DNA of 44,680 nucleotides from a virus (Duplodnaviria; Heunggongvirae; Uroviricota; Caudoviricetes): IMG/VR virus record IMGVR_UViG_2721755657_000002; one strand, 5' to 3'. Shown piece by piece: positions 40,799 to 44,680 of this stretch (position 1 is its first letter; each line of letters starts with the position of its first letter). The notes under the pieces were generated by a model. It saw only the letters and a program-made list of their open reading frames with translations, ran no database searches and was not told where the DNA came from. The position numbers and the translations under genes were made by a program.

Positions 40799-41373
40799 TG
40801 GCATTCAGAATGAGTGAACAACCACGGACCATAAAAATTTATAATCTGCTGGCCGGAACTAATGAATTTATTGGTGAAGGTGACGCATATATTCCGCCTC
40901 ATACAGGTCTGCCAGCAAACAGTACCGATATTGCACCACCAGATATTCCTGCTGGCTTTGTGGCTGTTTTCAACAGTGATGAGGCATCGTGGCATCTCGT
41001 TGAAGACCATCGGGGTAAAACGGTTTATGACGTAGCGTCAGGGGACGCGTTATTTATTTCTGAACTCGGTCCGTTACCGGAAAATGTTACCTGGTTATCG
41101 CCGGAAGGGGAGTTTCAGAAGTGGAACGGCACAGCCTGGGTGAAAGATGCAGAAGCAGAAAAACTGTTCCGGATCCGAGAGGCGGAAGAAACAAAAAACA
41201 GCCTGATGCAGGTAGCCAGTGAGCATATTGCGCCACTTCAGGATGCTGTAGATCTGGAAATCGCAACGGAGGAAGAAACCTCATTGCTGGAAGCCTGGAA
41301 AAAGTATCGGGTGTTGCTGAACCGTGTTGATACGTCAACTGCACAGGATATTGAATGGCCAGCACTGCCGTAG
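40798..41373 (+). CDS. tfa: Tail fibre assembly protein (Tfa)
   Basis: 191-aa ORF overlapping the stf stop (TAATG); conserved Tfa N-terminal motif ...[18 protein letters not shown]... Confidence 0.85.
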
Positions 41374-41470
41374 GGTAAAACATATAAATTCTATAATTAG
41401 ATGTATCTTTCCATTTACGGCAAGGAAGGGGGCTTGGAAGACGTAAAGCATCTCACACCGAGATTATTTT

Positions 41471-42061
41471 TTATATGTCAGGTGTCTGAAGTTTTGCTTT
41501 GGCTCTTAAAATGGTTTGCCGCGAGGTTTTGAATTCCCGGGCAATGGCGCTTATACTTACACCTGACTTAATTCGTTCGAATACCACCTGTTTCTGTTCT
41601 TCATTTAACACAGGTGGTCGACCAAAACGTTTCCCTGCGCCGCGGGCTCTTACTATCCCGGAATGAGTGCGTTCAAGTAAAAGGTCTCGTTCAAATTCAG
41701 CGACTGCTGAAATTACGTGCATCATCATTTTTCCTGTTGGACTGGTCAGGTCAATGCCCCCCAATGCTAAGCAATGCACTCTGATACCTGTTTCGGTCAG
41801 TTGTTCCACTGTTTTCCTGATATCCATTGCATTACAACCAAGGCGATCCAGTTTTGTCACAATCAATTGATCACCACATTTCAGGCGAGCAAGCAACCGG
41901 TTAAAACCAGGACGCTCACTGGTTGCTGCTGAGCCGCTAATGTGTTCTTCGATTATTTGCTGAGGTTTGATTTTAAAACCTGCACTTTCGATTTCCCGGC
42001 GTTGATTTTCGATGGTCTGATCCAGCGTTGATATCCGACAGTAAGCAAAAATTCGAGACAT
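41471..42061 (-). CDS. pin: Serine recombinase / DNA invertase Pin
   Basis: [15 protein letters not shown]... resolvase catalytic Ser motif; C-terminal HTH; adjacent to stf/tfa. Confidence 0.9.
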   Translation of the reverse strand: MSRIFAYCRISTLDQTIENQRREIESAGFKIKPQQIIEEHISGSAATSERPGFNRLLARLKCGDQLIVTKLDRLGCNAMDIRKTVEQLTETGIRVHCLALGGIDLTSPTGKMMMHVISAVAEFERDLLLERTHSGIVRARGAGKRFGRPPVLNEEQKQVVFERIKSGVSISAIAREFKTSRQTILRAKAKLQTPDI

Positions 42062-42377
42062 AGTGAGACTCTATACGAAATTGGTGTTCATATCATAATG
42101 CATCTCAGAAAATAATTTTGATTATTTTTGTGCATATTTGTATGTACACGTTCGAAAATAAACGAATGCGTATGCAACCCCGTAATTTTGGTGAGACCCA
42201 AAATCGATTTTGTGAAAAATGGCTTTAACTCGGTTTGTTTTTCGAGTTCCGGGCGGACTCAAGGAAGAAGAATAGTGTTGCGTGTTATTTTAACCAGATT
42301 TCAAGTTGTTTGATCGTGGAAAAGTGGAGCAAAATGTTGTTAAAGTGGAAAAATGATAAAAAAGTAAGTTTATTATA

Positions 42378-42644
42378 TTACATTTTACCATTTAAATTTT
42401 GGTTGTCTTTAAGAACTGATATCGCTGTTTGTAATAATTCTTTGTTATCCAGCCATGATTTTTTCTTTATGTTTCCTTCAATGTAATCAAGCAATGTTCT
42501 GGTATTGATAGGTCTTCCCTGTTTTGCTACTTCCACTACAGCATCCCCTAGGATAATTCTTACTTCAGGAAGCTGCGCAGGGAACCACTTTAGGGTGTCT
42601 TTTGATTTCATGAAGATATTCCTTAAAATATTATTGATTTTCAT
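42378..42644 (-). CDS. ydfK: YdfK/YnaE-like small protein
   Basis: 88-aa ORF (77 aa from internal MKSKDTL) between pin and the host flank, as in K-12 Qin. Confidence 0.6.
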   Translation of the reverse strand: MKINNILRNIFMKSKDTLKWFPAQLPEVRIILGDAVVEVAKQGRPINTRTLLDYIEGNIKKKSWLDNKELLQTAISVLKDNQNLNGKM

Positions 42645-43396
42645 TGCGATATTGTATGTCTGATTCAGGATATGTTGACTTATACATCGGTTTTGTCTGG
42701 GTTATTGGATATGCCAATCCCTAATTTTATTAGGGCATGACTAAAAATGCTGAATATGATAAGGAGAGAAGTGATTATCAGTATGCTGTTCATATAGCCT
42801 CGAATTAGTAATGTGTTATATATGATATAGTTGACAATTTTTATCTTGGGTGTTCTTAAAGTTCGTAGATAAACATTGTCGTTTCAGGTATACAGGAATG
42901 CTAACAGGTGGCAGCAAAAATCAGGCGGTTTATGGCGCAAGCTGAAGCGGCAACTGCAAACTATCTTATGCAGAGACTCTACACGGATTGGGTTTAAAAG
43001 TATACATAGATAACAGTTTTTATCTGAAAAAGAAAAATATCAAGGTGATATAGCCTATATGCCTTTGATGCGGAGGAATGAATGTGATGGGAGTGATGTA
43101 TCTGAATAGTTGAAAAACCGCAGACACGCCTTATGCAAGAACGTGCTGCGGTTGGCTGGTAAATTTTTCGATAGTGTGAGTATTGAATGATTTCCAGCCG
43201 TTCTTGATTTTACGCATAAATCCATGAAAAAACTACTTATCTGTTGGGGAGTTTTTTTGGGGCATATATGGGACAGAAATAGGCCCCAGATAGACACTGA
43301 GATCGAACTTAGGATGCTTTTTAAAAAATGCAACTATCTGAAAAAACCTAGAAAACGCCAAGGAAACCACAGGATGGGAAAAAACACCTGTGAATT

Positions 43397-44680
43397 ATGG
43401 ATTTCCAGTTATATTCGCTCGGCGCAGCGTTAGTGTTTCATGAAATATTTTTTCCTGAATCATCAACGGCAATGGCGTTAATTTTGGCAATGGGAACCTA
43501 CGGTGCAGGTTATGTGGCGCGTATTGTCGGAGCATTTATTTTCGGCAAAATGGGCGACAGAATAGGGCGTAAAAAAGTGCTCTTTATTACCATCACCATG
43601 ATGGGGATCTGTACCACCTTAATTGGTGTGTTACCGACCTATGCACAGATTGGTGTTTTTGCCCCCATCTTGCTGGTGACGCTGCGTATTATTCAGGGGT
43701 TGGGTGCAGGTGCGGAAATTTCCGGTGCCGGTACGATGCTGGCGGAATATGCACCAAAAGGTAAGCGCGGAATTATCTCCTCATTTGTAGCTATGGGAAC
43801 TAACTGCGGAACCTTGAGCGCAACGGCAATCTGGGCCTTTATGTTCTTCATTCTCAGTAAAGAGGAACTGCTGGCGTGGGGATGGCGTATACCGTTCCTG
43901 GCGAGCGTTGTCGTGATGGTCTTTGCTATCTGGTTACGTATGAATCTGAAAGAAAGCCCGGTCTTTGAGAAGGTTAATGACAGCAACCAACCCACAGCAA
44001 AACCTGCACCTGCTGGTAGCATGTTCCAGAGCAAATCCTTCTGGCTGGCAACAGGGCTGCGTTTTGGTCAGGCGGGTAACTCCGGGTTAATTCAGACTTT
44101 CCTTGCAGGCTATTTAGTGCAGACGTTATTGTTTAACAAAGCAATTCCAACAGATGCATTGATGATTAGTTCGATTCTCGGCTTTATGACCATTCCGTTC
44201 CTTGGTTGGTTATCCGATAAAATTGGTCGCCGGATCCCGTATATTATTATGAATACCTCCGCGATTGTGCTGGCATGGCCAATGCTTTCTATCATTGTAG
44301 ATAAAAGCTATGCCCCGAGCACCATTATGGTTGCACTGATTGTGATTCATAACTGTGCGGTGCTGGGATTATTTGCTCTGGAAAACATTACCATGGCAGA
44401 AATGTTCGGCTGTAAAAACCGCTTTACCCGGATGGCTATTTCTAAAGAAATTGGTGGTCTTATCGCTTCCGGTTTTGGTCCTATCCTGGCGGGTATTTTC
44501 TGCACCATGACGGAATCCTGGTATCCGATCGCCATTATGATCATGGCATATTCAGTAATTGGTTTAATCTCTGCGCTGAAAATGCCAGAGGTGAAAGACC
44601 GTGATTTAAGTGCGCTGGAAGACGCTGCGGAAGATCAACCGCGTGTTGTAAGAGCTGCGCAACCTTCCAGAAGTCTGTAA
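43397..44680 (+). CDS. ydfJ: MFS metabolite:H+ symporter YdfJ-like, 5'-truncated (ShiA/KgtP family); prophage integration target
   Basis: 427-aa ORF begins inside TM1-2 of the family (first residues correspond to about residue 35-40 of full-length homologues); ...GKMGDRIGRKK... MFS signature; stop at window end. Confidence 0.8.
   Translation: MDFQLYSLGAALVFHEIFFPESSTAMALILAMGTYGAGYVARIVGAFIFGKMGDRIGRKKVLFITITMMGICTTLIGVLPTYAQIGVFAPILLVTLRIIQGLGAGAEISGAGTMLAEYAPKGKRGIISSFVAMGTNCGTLSATAIWAFMFFILSKEELLAWGWRIPFLASVVVMVFAIWLRMNLKESPVFEKVNDSNQPTAKPAPAGSMFQSKSFWLATGLRFGQAGNSGLIQTFLAGYLVQTLLFNKAIPTDALMISSILGFMTIPFLGWLSDKIGRRIPYIIMNTSAIVLAWPMLSIIVDKSYAPSTIMVALIVIHNCAVLGLFALENITMAEMFGCKNRFTRMAISKEIGGLIASGFGPILAGIFCTMTESWYPIAIMIMAYSVIGLISALKMPEVKDRDLSALEDAAEDQPRVVRAAQPSRSL

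Noticed and set aside
41374-41470. Possible gix/hix-like inversion site between tfa and pin (ttccatttacggcaaggaa)
   Set aside because: Only a weak partial inverted repeat and no matching partner site found in stf or tfa; reported as an open question rather than a feature

Overview
The window is almost entirely one lambdoid prophage of the Qin / phage-21 type (E. coli-like), read from the integrase at the left edge to pin-ydfK at the right, followed by the 5'-truncated host MFS transporter gene ydfJ (the integration target; the prophage left junction lies outside the window). Gene order: int-xis; an early operon on the minus strand (large exonuclease-like protein, ydfD, dicB, dicF sRNA, ydfB/C region, ydfA, dicA); divergent dicC; a YdaT-like gene; a replication initiator containing origin iterons; hokD-rem-ydfU-Q; a phage-21-type lysis cassette (pinholin, ydfR, SAR endolysin, Rz/Rz1); cspI and gnsB; cos; then a lambda-like packaging, head and tail module (terminase Nu1/A, W, portal, protease-capsid fusion, Z, U, V, G/GT, H, M, L, a K'-'J fusion, lom, stf, tfa). 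Three things stand out. (1) An AT-rich, opposite-strand gene for a 444-aa FRG-motif protein sits in the early region where K-12 Qin carries relBE; it is my best candidate for an uncharacterised single-gene defence or exclusion function. (2) An AT-rich three-gene cargo island (Blc-like lipocalin, DUF523/DUF1722-like protein, AraC-family regulator) lies between Q and the lysis genes. (3) Tail genes K, I and J are collapsed into one in-frame K'-'J fusion ORF, so the prophage is probably tail-defective. All identifications are from reading the translations and DNA by eye and from remembered family signatures; no searches were run. Hand-counted coordinates of short sites may be off by 1-2 nt.
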